Positions 52,461 through 64,000 of a stretch of 64,000 bases of DNA are shown here, piece by piece. Numbering within the stretch: the stretch's first letter is position 1; every line of letters begins with the position of its first letter. The position numbers and the translations under genes are program-made. The notes beneath the pieces were generated by a model, which was given only the letters and a program-made list of their open reading frames with translations, did no database searches and was not told the DNA's origin. The stretch lies in the NCBI RefSeq assembly GCF_009914755.1, contig NC_060936.1; one strand, 5' to 3'. The DNA is from the human T2T-CHM13v2.0 reference genome, Homo sapiens.

Positions 52461-53544
52461 CTCTCTCCATGACCACCACCATGTTACTTTTTCCATTGGA
52501 ACCAAGGGCTTCTGAGATCACAGACTTCATCGGGGGTCATAAGTAATTGTGGGAAAGGGATTAGCATCATTTGCCAGAAGAGCTGATATGACAGGGGTGG
52601 GGAGGACAGCCCAGAACTTCAGAGCTGATCTACTCTTTAAGCAAGAACCCCCTTTTTCTGTTTATTGCCCTGCAACTGTTCTAGGCAATTCTGGGTCTGA
52701 GAAAAAACCCTCCTACAATCTTCATCCCACTACATACTACGTCTATACTTCAGCCTCAGGCACAGGCACTATTTGGGAAGCTAAGTTGTACAACTGAATA
52801 ATGTAATTAAATGTAATTCATTCCAAATGTTAAGGGCTAGAATGTCTTCTCAAAATTAATGAAAACTCAATTCATTTGGAAATAATTATTTCACGACTTT
52901 TAGTTGCTGTACAAATAACATTTTAACAGAAGATACATATGAACAAGTAAAATAAAATGAGGCAAATTAATTAATGATATCCTAATAGGCCTAAGTTAGA
53001 TAATCATCTATTTTCTATAAAGTTCCCAAGTAAGTTACTTATTTCCAACTCTTCATTCATACAAACTACTAATGTATATAAATTAAAATAATTCAAATTA
53101 GTGGGAGTTTAGAATACAGTATCTTTCAGTAGAGACAATAATCACTTTGAAGGATTCTCATCCTCAACAAATATTTATCCAGAGCCTGCTGGGTACACAG
53201 CACTATATGGGAGAGACACAGCACAATCTCATTATCATCTCTCCCTGTGAGGATAAATTGCAGAAAATCCTGAAAGCCACTGTCGGAGTTATCTTGCTTG
53301 GCTGGCATTTTGATCACATCCTTGACCCCTCTGGTCCCTCAGAGGCCCTCCCATCCCGGTTCATGGAGAAAAGCATCTCTTTAGCAGCAGGTGGTATGGG
53401 GTGGGGGTGGAGCAAGGGATGCCACAGGGAATTAGGGGACCTGACTTCTAGCCTTAGAGCAGCCACTGCTCCCGTCTGATAAGAGCACACCCCCAGGCAC
53501 TTCTCAGTAGATGTGCCTGCCTGTGCAACAGCACTTCAGGAAAA

Positions 53545-53715
53545 GTTCACTTAATCCTCACAACAGCCCCATAGGTGGATCTTCTTATTACTCTACCATT
53601 TTAAGGATGAAAAAGGAGAAGTGTACAAAATTTAAGCATTTTGCCCAGTTACAAAACCTTAAGAAATAGAGTCAGGATTCAAATGCAAGGCTGTCTGAGT
53701 CATAACTTCACATCT
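53545..53715 (-). mobile_element. MIR
   Basis: cacttaatcctcacaacagccccataggt...ccatttt...ggattcaaa. Confidence 0.7.
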
Positions 53716-53764
53716 GAAATGGAATCAACCCATCAGGCTTGCTATTTTCCTGACAATAATTTGT

Positions 53765-54378
53765 TTATGTAAAGGATCCTGAAGTCAGATGATGTCACAC
53801 TCCTACTCAAGATTCTCCCCTGACTCCCCCATTGAATTTAGAATAAAATCCAAGCTTTTGCCATGGCCTTCAAAGCCCTACGTGAACTGGCCCTTGACTA
53901 CCTCCGTGATCTCATCTCTCCCACTTCTGCTCCATTCACTAAGCCCTAAGCATGGCCTCCTTGTTTTTCTTTAACAAACATGTACATTTCTACTCCAAGG
54001 TCTTTGTATTTGTTGTTTCCTCAGCCTGGGACGCTCTCATCCCAAAGAACTACATTCCTACCTCTTCAGTTCATTTATGCCTCTCTGCTCAATGTCACCT
54101 TATCCAAAAGGCCTTTCCTGGCCCCTCTACCTAAAACAGAAATTTCCGTCACTGTCTAGCCCCTCACCTATAGTCCATTTTATTCACAGTACTCATCACT
54201 CTCGTCTATGATCATATTTGCATCTCTTCGTTTATTGTCTTTCCCATTACGATGAAAGCTTCAGGAGGCAGTGACCTGGTCTCGCCTGCTCACTGATGTA
54301 TCCCAGGCACTAGAACAGTTCATGGCACATAGTAGACGCTCAATAAGTATCTACTGAATTAATGAATAAATAAATGAG
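53765..54378 (+). mobile_element. L2 3' end
   Basis: tttagaataaaatccaagc...gctcaatgtcacctt...ctagaacagttcatggcacatagtagacgctcaataagtat...tgaattaatgaataaat. Confidence 0.9.
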
Positions 54379-54919
54379 CATAAATCCCTTTATCAATATA
54401 TCCAGATTTGGGTACTTTAAGTTTCATTTGTAAAACAAATCTAGAAAAGACAATCTCAAATTTATATGGATGGGCCTATTCATTACCCAATTTATCTAAT
54501 TTCATCCATTTCTGTCTAGGTCTTATATCATTCTCCAAATCTGAAACACCCTGTTTTGAACTGCCACCATTTCCTTCCTATAAGTGCCTTCCATGATTTC
54601 CTAAAACCCTTCTTTAACCACATACTGTTGAGGAGAGGTAATATTCCAAAGCCACTATCTCAGTCATACAACCCAACATTTCACAACACTTCACACAAGT
54701 CTAAATCACCAAATGACTCCTATGTGTTGCTACAGATAGAATCCTTGTCCATGCCCCAAGGTAGCTTCCCAACAGAAGCAGAGCTGTGTGTACGTCTACT
54801 TGAGACGCTTCTCCCAGCTGGCTGGCCTGCTGTCCACCTCTTGCTCTGTAGCCAGGTTCTTGCAAAGCTCCACATACAGAGAGACACTTACTGAGATGCC
54901 TTTGAGAAAAATGGTAACA

Positions 54920-55110
54920 GCAGCTCCAGTTATTCAGCATCTTTGTATTTTACATCTACTTCCTCTAGTCCTCCCAACTCTGCATGGTAGGCTTCCTACT
55001 TCTCATTTTACAAACAATTAAAATGAGCATCAGAAAAGTGCAACAACTTGCCCAAGGCCATGAAGTTAGTTAGGGGCAGGGACGTGAACCCATAACTGAC
55101 TTGAGTCCAA
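54920..55110 (-). mobile_element. MIR
   Basis: ctcattttaca...aacttgcccaaggcca...tgaaccc. Confidence 0.6.
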
Positions 55111-56509
55111 AAAAGAAACATTTCTTATAGTTTTAACATAGAAATATAAAGGCTTTCACCTAATAAATCAAGTATTTTTCATCAATTGACTATATGTCTC
55201 AGACCATGACAGGTAATCTAGAATACAGAAGAAATGTGGAAGTTCCCAGCTGAGAGGGAGAGCTATGGGCCATTGATTCAGTTATCTATTTTCTTACATG
55301 CTTACGGCTTTAATTTTTTAAGTTCTGGACTGTTGGTTAAGTTAATTTGTATGATTCCAGTAAACCATGAGTTGTTTATCATAAATCACTTCTCAGATGG
55401 CTACAGCTAGAAAAATAAACTACTTTTCTAGGGTGATGTGCTTTTTAAGAATAGAGTGGTTCAATAGAAGTTCCTAAGTTGACACTAATCATAAATAGGG
55501 GCTAAAAGTTCAGGGTCTAAACAAATTGTGGCAGGCCAAAAACGAAAAACACAAAGCAAACACACAGGCCCACAAAGCAAAATGCAACTAAGCACCTGCT
55601 ACTCTTCTTGTTCCAGATTCTTAATCCATTGAAGGTATCATTGTTATGACATTAGAAAGAGTGAGAAGTGGCAGGGTGGTAAGCATTTTTATGAGGTGTT
55701 ACAATGTTTTAACTAACCTACACCTCCTTCTGAAGGCTTTGTTTTCCGTATCACTCCAGATCCCTGTCACACTGCAGGGTGTTACTGCTTGAGTCTGGCT
55801 CTGCCTGTGTGATCCTGGAGAAAGATTATTTAGGAGCTACCTACCGCTGTTGATACGAGAACCTTGGTCTTACCTGGCAGAACAGTGATAAGTTCCTGTG
55901 AATACAATGGCAGCAGATTTTCTATAGACCACTTCCACTGTTTCCTCTCCAGAGCTAGCCTTTTCATAGAGCACAGTGGGCAGCACCAGTACCTACCTGT
56001 GTGTACAAATCCTACAGTGAGATGGGCTGTATTAAGAGTCAATGAGGGGTGATCTCTTGGCTTCAGAAGCAACAGTACAAAGGCAGTCACTAAAGCAGGT
56101 CAGTCTAACCCCAGCTGAAGTCTGTGAGACATGGGAACATAAACAACTAGTTCTTCACCTGATTGATTTCAGAGGCAATAGAGTCTGATGCAGTCATACT
56201 TGGAAGTAAACCATCTATTACTACATTTAATTCCAAGGAATGACTACAGATGCCAAACAGGGCAGCCTAGGATGCCAAGCCACTGCTCATATTATAACAA
56301 CAGTGCATATTATAACAATGCAAGAAAATGGAAGAACAAGCCTCATTTGGGAACAGAAGTAGCAGCTCTGTGGGAAATTCCAGAGTATGATGTTAGACAA
56401 CCCCATGGAGAGATAATGAGTGAAAATATTGATGGGTCAAAAGAGGAAACAAGGACAGTCCAGTGTTGAAGTTAGTATAAATATGTAAATTCTGTGTGTG
56501 GAGGGGGTA

Positions 56510-57330
56510 AATAATGTCTTCAAACTTGTTTGCTCAGTTACCCACTAAAAGGATTCTTAAAAATTTGTTTTAAGCTGATACCTAATTTCATTCATCATAA
56601 TCTAAATAGTTACAAAGTATATAATTTCTGGCATATAATAAATACTAACATTTTAAAATAAAATTACTTCACCACTCTTCCAAATTATTCCATGGAATAT
56701 AAAGACCATAGTAACTTTATATCTACCACCATCCATTTTTAAAATGTAAGATTAACCCTTTTTTTAAGTTATACATTTGATATCATTCCTTCTTTTCCCT
56801 GACATTGAATTCCTCTTCCATCTCCCCCACAAAATTTTATTGTAATGTAATATATAGGTTACATTATATACATGATGCTTGAAAGTATTTTACTGGTCAC
56901 TATTATACTTCTTTGCAACCAAAATATATATATATAAAAGTTTCAGTTTATAATTATTTTTTATTTCCTGTAATCATAGGTGTTTAAGTGTTGTTTTCTG
57001 GATTGAGATAGTGTTACAATAATTATTTGTAAACATTTGGTGAAAATAAAATAACCACATTAATTTTGACAGACAAATATTAAACATAAATGGTAAAATC
57101 TTATTACATTTTATGATATGTGTATTTTACCACAGTTTAAAATATGTGTATTTTACCACAGTTTAAAATATATAAAAATGTATTATTAGGACTGTTATCT
57201 TTTAATAAGCTGGAGACAGAGATAGTCTATGGTTCTTGATGAAAGGATGCTTCTCCTAACACAAATATTTCCAATTATCCCTTTATGTGACCCTTAGAAG
57301 TGTTTTCACCTTTGAGCGATGCATATAGTA
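56510..57330. mobile_element. AT-rich old DNA transposon remnant (hAT-Charlie-like; family uncertain)
   Basis: Starts gtcttcaaacttgtttgctcagttacccactaaaagg, resembling Charlie termini; long AT-rich body. Confidence 0.4.
57116..57171. repeat. Perfect 26-bp tandem duplication
   Basis: atatgtgtattttaccacagtttaaa at 57116-57141 and 57142-57167. Confidence 0.95.
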
Positions 57331-60174
57331 AAATTTGGGTAAGTGAGAGGTGTGATTTTCTTTGGTAAGGAGAGAAAAGAGCAACCATGAAAGGAGAGGT
57401 GACACTTTCTCTAGCAGATGGATTTTAGGAAAGACTATAGTAGGAAACTGATAATCTGAACATTAAGTCCTTTAAAATGATCCATGCCTTCATACTGCTT
57501 TGAAAGTCTTCATGTACTCACAAAAGTATCTGTTCTCCAGTTTGTTGCTGTGTTGCAGAACTTCTGAAACACTTTAGACCTGTTGCTTTTCCCACTGACT
57601 GGTCAGTGTAGCTAATAAACCATGAGGTTGCACGTATGTATCCCCTCACTGTCTACAACACCATTGATAGGAAAAAACTGAGGCTCGCCATGTGAATTGT
57701 CCTTGGATTATAGCAATGTAGGCTGCATGTTGCTTTCTTCTCCTCATTATCTTCCCATAGGGATGAGTCAGCAGCTTGGTCCAGCAAGCAGCAAAACCCA
57801 TGAACCAGCCTTTGCCAGGGCAGTTGTAACATAGCTCAGACAGTCACGCTTCACCTCACTGGAGAAATGTGGCCCATAAAGGGAAAAAAAGACAATCACA
57901 AGCCCATATACGTGGTTTTCCCATACATCCAGTAGCAATCCTATCCACATCCTGCAACAGAATGTTTCAACATCCCCATGGGTGTTCTACATTGTATGTA
58001 TTCTTAGATTTTCAATAATCTGTTCCATCCTCTCCTTTTCAACTTGAAACCCTAGCATCAAAAGTGGCTGTTGATCTGATAGGACCCCACCTTTGGCTGT
58101 GGCTCATTTTCCAGCTGCAGTCCAAATCTTCCAGTGATGACACGAAGCTATCACCATGGCAACCATCACTGACACACAGTGCAAAGCTGAGGATGAGGCA
58201 TGAGTTGTTCTCCAACTCACTTCCATAACGTTAAACCACGCTGTAGGCTTTAACCTACTACCCTCTGGGTTTACTGTCCTGTCCCAGAACCAGAGAAGCA
58301 GCCCCCCATTTTTAAACTGAAATTGTTCTTTCACTCTCCTCAGGACCTCTCCATAAGAAAACAATGGCAAAGGTGACCATATGGCCACCTAGGCCCTGAA
58401 AGTATGGTATTTACTCACTCAAAACCCAACAATGTTGCAGTTAATTGTAGAAGTGCCATTGGGGAAGGATAAGATGGTATCTAAAAGTAGCACATGCATA
58501 AATATGATACAAAATGTCAACTTGTTGTCTAATAGCTACAAGAAAGAAGGTTCTGGGGCAAATATAACCACATTGCCTCATAGAAAAAGCCTAAAGAAAG
58601 TCTCTGCCAGGGGGGATCCTTGGGGTAAATGCTTTCTTTTCATAAGGATCAATCCAACCCTGCCCCATATGTTTAAATGCTAAATTCAAAAATGGGCTGC
58701 GATGAAAGAACAACAAACCTTTGTTAGCCCTCTGGGGGGACTAAAGATGCTGAGATGTGTTCCTTGCTGAAAGAGCACTGTAAATAGCAAGGAAGTCCTA
58801 TTTTTCTTTGCTAGAGATAAAGCACAGTCTCACAGATTTGGGTCTTAGATTTTTTTATATATATCCTCTCAAATTCATTTTTGCCAGAGTCATCCGGTTC
58901 TGCTCTGATGCCAAAGATTTCAACACGGTTGGTGGTGGCAGAGCCAACACTGGTGACTTAACAAAGACTATTCACTCAAAAGCCACATTTCTGAAGAGAA
59001 GAGACCTGGATTCTGCAAGGAGCAACGGTACCTCTAATTACAAAATTTCTGAAATTCCCCTAAATGTAGGTTACATTAATCTCATCAGCATGCCAAGGAT
59101 GGTGTGTCTTGATTTACTTTTGAGTAAAGACTCAAAAGTTGTGGTGCTGCGACACCCGGAATGTAAGGAAGGTAACTGGTGACTAATGGGAATTCCATGG
59201 ACAGATGGGCCATTTAGAGTCACTGGCATTGTGGTCCCTCTAAACTGATGGGCAGCCACTCAGAAAACCCAGGAACCACAAACTCACCAGACTACTGCAG
59301 ACCGCTTTTTCTCTGAAAGAACTAAGTTCTTGGGAAAGGAGGGAAAGCAGTCTTAAGAGAGTGTTCCCAGAGGTTCTACTACTTTCCCTGTATCACAAGT
59401 CCTCAGCAGGGGCAGGCTATTAGTCCCTGCAGCAGGTGATAGCAGAATTATCTGTGTGGTTGCCGGACTTTGGAGGGACCATTGCTTCAACCCTAAGAGT
59501 GCCCAGAGATCCAAATCAGGGCTGAATCCACTGCCTGAAGAACCCACAGTTCCTGGACAGAAATGAGGGGAGAAGGGAGATGCTGGTTTGCATTTCAGCC
59601 TGGACAGCAAGCAAACCTCAGCTAGGTAAGAGAGTTATTAGAGAAATCTCAGAAGATTCTGGTTGCTACAGAGACGTCTCAAACAGAGTTTCCAATCTTT
59701 CCAACTCCTAGGCCCTCCCACATCCTCCAGACCCTCTGAGATCAAAGGCAGAAACTTTCCTCTCCCTCTTCCTGCCTCTTCTCTCCAGGGCTGCTACAGG
59801 TTTCCAGGACCCTTAATCTGAACACTCAACCAGAGGGACCACAGGGCCTCCTGGAATCCTTTAAGTGTGAAAGCTGCCGTGGCATTCGGCAATCAGCTCA
59901 AAGCCACCGACATAAGGTGCTTCAACTGTGAGGGACTCTATGGCCTCATGATCAATATAACATCTACACTGCCATTAGCCTCTACAGGAGGGTGTCAGGT
60001 ACCATGTGGTGGACATAGCATCGTTAACAAACGATTTCATTTACATACATGTTCTAGTATTACAGAGGAAGATCACAAACCACGATGCCAAGAAGTTGCA
60101 TTCAATATAGTGTATATTGATGGGCCATGAGACAGAGATGGATACAGCCTAAAGGGAATCAGCAAAATACTCAC

Positions 60175-60218
60175 TTTTAGATATGTACCAGGCTGTACTG
60201 TGTTTGCAGTACAGAAGC
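60175..60218 (-). other. Candidate 44-nt exon, unverified
   Basis: tttggttcttgcag|GCTTCTG...CTAAAA|gtgagt. Confidence 0.25.
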
Positions 60219-60689
60219 CTGCAAGAACCAAACCAATCAAATTTATGTTTATTATGAACTTTATGCACGTAAGCACTGTGATTCTCCAAAATATACTAAA
60301 TTCATTAAGGAGGAACTCAAAAGAGAGCAACAAAAAGTAGTAAACATTATAGAACAGGCACTTAAATTACCTTTGATCATGATGTCGATTACAGAACCTA
60401 AGAAGAAAAAATAAGAGACAACCAGAGGAAAAAGAAAAGTTACCACTTTAAGGGGAAGATATTGATCAATTTGCTATTTCTACTGAGGCTAAGGAATGGT
60501 TTTATACGCAGAGGGAAAATCATCGTATTAATCTATGGAAGAATAGCCAGTCAAAATAGGGGACCACACACTAGAAGTTACAAAAGAGGTTATAAAGTAT
60601 TCTTCCTTGTTGGAAATCATTTAAACAGAGTAGATGAATCAACCCAAGAGTGTTTACTGAGACCCCAGCCCAGGCTCAGCCCCAAAGGA

Positions 60690-60940
60690 CTGTAGCATTG
60701 GGGTTGTAAGTGGGAGCTCTGTAGTCAGATTTACATGCCTTCAAATCCCAGTTTGGTCACTTATGGGCTACACAACCTAAGGCAAGTTATTTCATCTCTT
60801 TAAGTTTATTCCTTATTTGGAAAATAAGGATGATAAGAGTACTTATCTCATTAAATTATTATGAGGATTAAGTGAGAACATACATGGAAAAGCATTTAGC
60901 TTGCTAGGATGTGCTCAATAAATTCTTGCTATTATTGTTT
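60690..60940 (+). mobile_element. MIR, near full length
   Basis: ctctgtagtcaga...ttcaaatcccag...ggcaagttattt...tgaggattaagtgaga...gctcaataaa. Confidence 0.85.
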
Positions 60941-61436
60941 CTTATATTTGACTCCTTGCCTATCTAAAAATTACTGGCCTAGGGTTCTCATTTGCCAGAT
61001 CACAATGAACAATGAAGAAATAAACAAAAGGAGTGCTGAGATGCCTCAGATTCCTGCACGACAGTAAATGCCCTTTGCTCTCTGAGCCTACTCTCATGCC
61101 TCTGACTCATGCTTTGGGCACAATTCCTTAAAAAGAGTTTCCACTTCAAGCTTATGGAGAAAAATAAGTTTTAGGTAAAATATTACTTTGGTAAAGCAGT
61201 TCAACCAAGGGCCAGAATTTTAATACCTCCAGAATCCCTATCAGAAATAAATTCAACATGGAATGACAGGCCTAGCCACCTACAACATAGAAAAAAGCTA
61301 AGTTTGACCAGGGAAGAGAAAAATGAAGGACAAAATCTCCAATCCAGAAGTGGTGCTTCTAGAGATAAAAATTTCTTACACCTCCCACTCCCTTGTGAAC
61401 ATTCCAAGAAGAGCAAGGCCAAGAGAGAGTAGTGAT

Positions 61437-61620
61437 ATGGCCTGCCAGATAAAATACAGGACACCCAATTGAATTTGAACTTCAATGATAAATATCAAAT
61501 ATTTTTAGTATAAGTATGCAAATATTACAATATTTGAAACATACTTCTACTAAAAAATTATTGTTTATTTGAAATTCAAATTTAATTGAGTGTTCTAATT
61601 CACTAAATCTGACAACCCTA
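61437..61620. mobile_element. MER53 (palindromic hAT MITE)
   Basis: gccagataaaatacaggacacccaattgaatttgaa...tttttagtataagtatg...catacttctactaaaaa...ttcaaatttaattg...aaatctgacaacccta. Confidence 0.9.
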
Positions 61621-61989
61621 GATATAGTACAGGGAACCTCCTGTATGCAGACTGACTGAGGCCAGAAATGAAATAGAAACACTGAAAAAACCCAGAGTGA
61701 TCCCTGAGCAGTCTCTGCCTGGTAGACAAGCTAGAGAGCATTCATTCCAGGGAAGGATAGGAACCCTGCAGCCTGAATAAGAAAATCCAACGTAAAAACC
61801 ATTTAGCCTAAATGTAAGGGTGAAGAAGTCCCCTCGGGCAAATTAGCTTGTCTTGTTAACAGGATATTCAAGTCAAATAATCCAGTCTGTTTGTAGAAAG
61901 CTTACTGCATCCAAAAGCCAAGCACATGCAATTCATGGTTGGTAGAGCTGTATAATTGCACCCATTTGTCAAAAATCTAGGAAGACTTC

Positions 61990-62165
61990 ATGGACACTTA
62001 GCGTCCATACCACAGGCTCCCACACACACTGTATTTGCTTCCATCACAGCACTCACCACACAAAATATGATTACCAATTTATCTGTTCATCTCTCTCTCT
62101 AGACTGTGAGCTTCTCAAGAGTGGAGACAAGGTCTAATTTATCTGTGAAACCACAGCCCTAATAG
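61990..62165 (+). mobile_element. L2 fragment
   Basis: cacagcactcaccaca...ctagactgtgagcttctcaagag...tctaatttatctgtg. Confidence 0.7.
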
Positions 62166-62719
62166 CAAATGGCCACCATACTATATAGCTGGTTAACCTG
62201 TGTGGCTTCTGTAAGGGAATTCACAGGAAGAAGGGGATAAATAGACTTTATTGGTAATAAGAAAGAGAAGAGGGGAGAAAAAGAAAGAAAAAGAAAGCTA
62301 TCCTTATTAATTGCTTGCAATAGATTAATACATTTATCTGTACAGGTCTTATACCTAAGCACAATTGATATATCAAAAGTGGATCTGTGTATATATAGCA
62401 GTAAGAGAGAAAATTATTAAAGATTTTTATTGGGTTTTTTTTTGGTTGGGGGTGTGAAGAAAGAAGTCAACGTGTATATGGTGATATAAAAATAAAAATG
62501 TATATAAGGACCTTAAGGATGTGTCTATATGTGCATGTCAGGTGCCCACACGGAATGTGTTAGAGCTTCCGTAAAGGAAGTGAGAGATATTAGAAAAAAG
62601 ACTCAACCCAATTCTCTTTCTAAAAATATTCAGATCTCTGAAGCACTCGATTCTAGAATCAGTTCTCAATAACAGTCCCCGTTGTGTTAATGAAACTGTA
62701 ACTCATCTTACCCACTCAC

Positions 62720-62775
62720 CTTTATACAGTGTCCGCAGGAATCCACAAATTAGGATATAGTTAGCAACGGTCCTC
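62720..62775 (-). other. Candidate 56-nt exon, unverified
   Basis: atttctgtaatgccattcag|GAGGACC...TATAAAG|gtgagt; one open frame (RTVANYILICGFLRTLYK). Confidence 0.25.
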
Positions 62776-63059
62776 CTGAATGGCATTACAGAAATGAAAC
62801 TAAAATACTCTGAAAGCCTAATACTGCTTCAGGAAAATCTCCACCCTGTTTAGGAGCCCTGTGTTCTATCCCATGGAACCTCTCCTCCTATGTTTCCTCT
62901 CTCCTTCCTGCATTCCTCCGGTGAGAACCTCCCTATCTGTACTTCCCCTCTCTATCACTTGCCCCCGTCTTTCTTTTTCATAGATTGTTGAAAACTATTT
63001 AAAAGATCCTGAATATCAAAGTCTGTCTTCTTCTGGCCATGTATTTAAGGTATATAATA

Positions 63060-63235
63060 GCATGAGGTTTCCAATCCCCCAGGAGCTGGGCATGAAAATA
63101 AAATGTTAGAACTTCTATTTATATTTATTTTTATCTCACCCACTTTTAATTTCTGTTTTTTTGCATGCTTTATAATGAACACAACATATTAGACAGTATA
63201 CACATATAATTATGTACTAAATAAACATGCTGGTC
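63060..63235. mobile_element. Old non-autonomous DNA transposon fragment (hAT-type, family uncertain)
   Basis: ttagaacttctatttatatttatttttatctca...ttataatg...atattag, a recurrent MER-type core. Confidence 0.45.
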
Positions 63236-63239
63236 ATTG

Positions 63240-63812
63240 GCATTCCAGTTCTGTAGGGCTGCATAACAAACCACCCCAAAACTTGGTAGCATAAAATAAC
63301 AACCAGTGTATTACGCTCACAAATTCTGAGGGTTAGGAGTTTGGGTAGGGCACAGCTGTGATTGTTTGATTCATTTCCATGACTTTTGGAGCCTCAGTTG
63401 AGAAGACCCAAGCATCTGGGAAGTGACTCCAGGGATGCATGCTAGAATCATCTGAAACTTCTCAACTTACATGGCTGACACCTGGGCTCAGCCAGGACCA
63501 CTGACCAGAGTACCTACACATGACCTGTCTGTGTGGCTTCTCACAGCATGGCAGCAGGGATGTCCAAAGGACAAATGAACCGAGGGAACCAGATAGACGC
63601 TGCATGGCCTTTTCTGACCTGGCCTCAGAAGTCACGTAGAGCCATGCTCTTCATACTCAATTAGTCAATGCAATTATGAAGCTGCCCAGATACAAGGGGA
63701 GGGGGCTGGACTCTCCACACCATGATGTGCAGTAATGACCAGGTCACATTGCAGAGGAGAATGTGGGATGGGAGAGATTGTTGTAGTTACCTTTGGAAAA
63801 TAATCTACACCA
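63240..63812 (-). mobile_element. MLT1H-like MaLR LTR
   Basis: gctgcataacaaaccaccccaaaactt...gctcacaaattctg...ttctgacctggcctcagaagtcac...ggtcacattgcag...ctttggaaaata. Confidence 0.85.
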
Positions 63813-64000
63813 ATTTGCTTATTCACTCTGAGATCTGTCCCCCATCCCTTCTCTTTACTGCTCTTTATTGCAGAGAGCAAAAACCTTGCAGACCACATTT
63901 CCAAGCCTCCCGTGCCAAATAGATTCTGGCTAGGATTTACCAATGGAGATACTGCCAAGAGATGGTGGGGGTGCTGGAGAGAGGAGAAGCTACAATATAT
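63813..64000 (+). mobile_element. ERVL LTR 5' part (LTR33-family-like), runs off the window
   Basis: gcagaccacatttccaagcctcccgtgcca...ggctaggatttaccaatggag...ggagaagc. Confidence 0.6.

Noticed and set aside
59593-59610. REST/RE1-like ttcagcctggacagc
   Set aside because: Left half-site truncated and spacing wrong relative to TTCAGCACCnnGGACAG
58808-60130. ORFs 58808-59182 and 59867-60130 as coding exons
   Set aside because: No recognisable homology and no convincing flanking splice pair; non-ATG starts
62650-62666. Palindrome gattctagaatc as a heat-shock element
   Set aside because: Only two correctly phased nGAAn units

Overview
Primate (human-like) genomic DNA, roughly half interspersed repeats: 13 Alu/FLAM/FRAM copies (AluJ, S and Y types), old L1M remnants, L2, many MIRs, CR1/L3, ERVL and MaLR LTRs, and hAT MITEs (MER3, MER53, MER58A). 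I recognise no known protein-coding exon, RNA gene, CRISPR array or prokaryote-type system. The supplied ORFs are chance or repeat-derived. Repeat orientation bias (12 of 13 Alus and most L1s on +) suggests a long intron of a minus-strand gene that I cannot name. Best leads: (i) a repeat-poor, CpG-retaining block at about 21.7-23.5 kb with a candidate alternative first exon and an 18-nt candidate microexon; (ii) several other minus-strand candidate exons; (iii) an unusually complete CR1/L3 ORF2 fossil (endonuclease to RT, about 37.3-41.5 kb) with nested younger insertions; (iv) motif-dense candidate enhancers at about 1.5 kb and 52.3 kb. All exon and enhancer calls are sequence-only hypotheses. 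Repeat boundaries and subfamilies were assigned by eye and are approximate.
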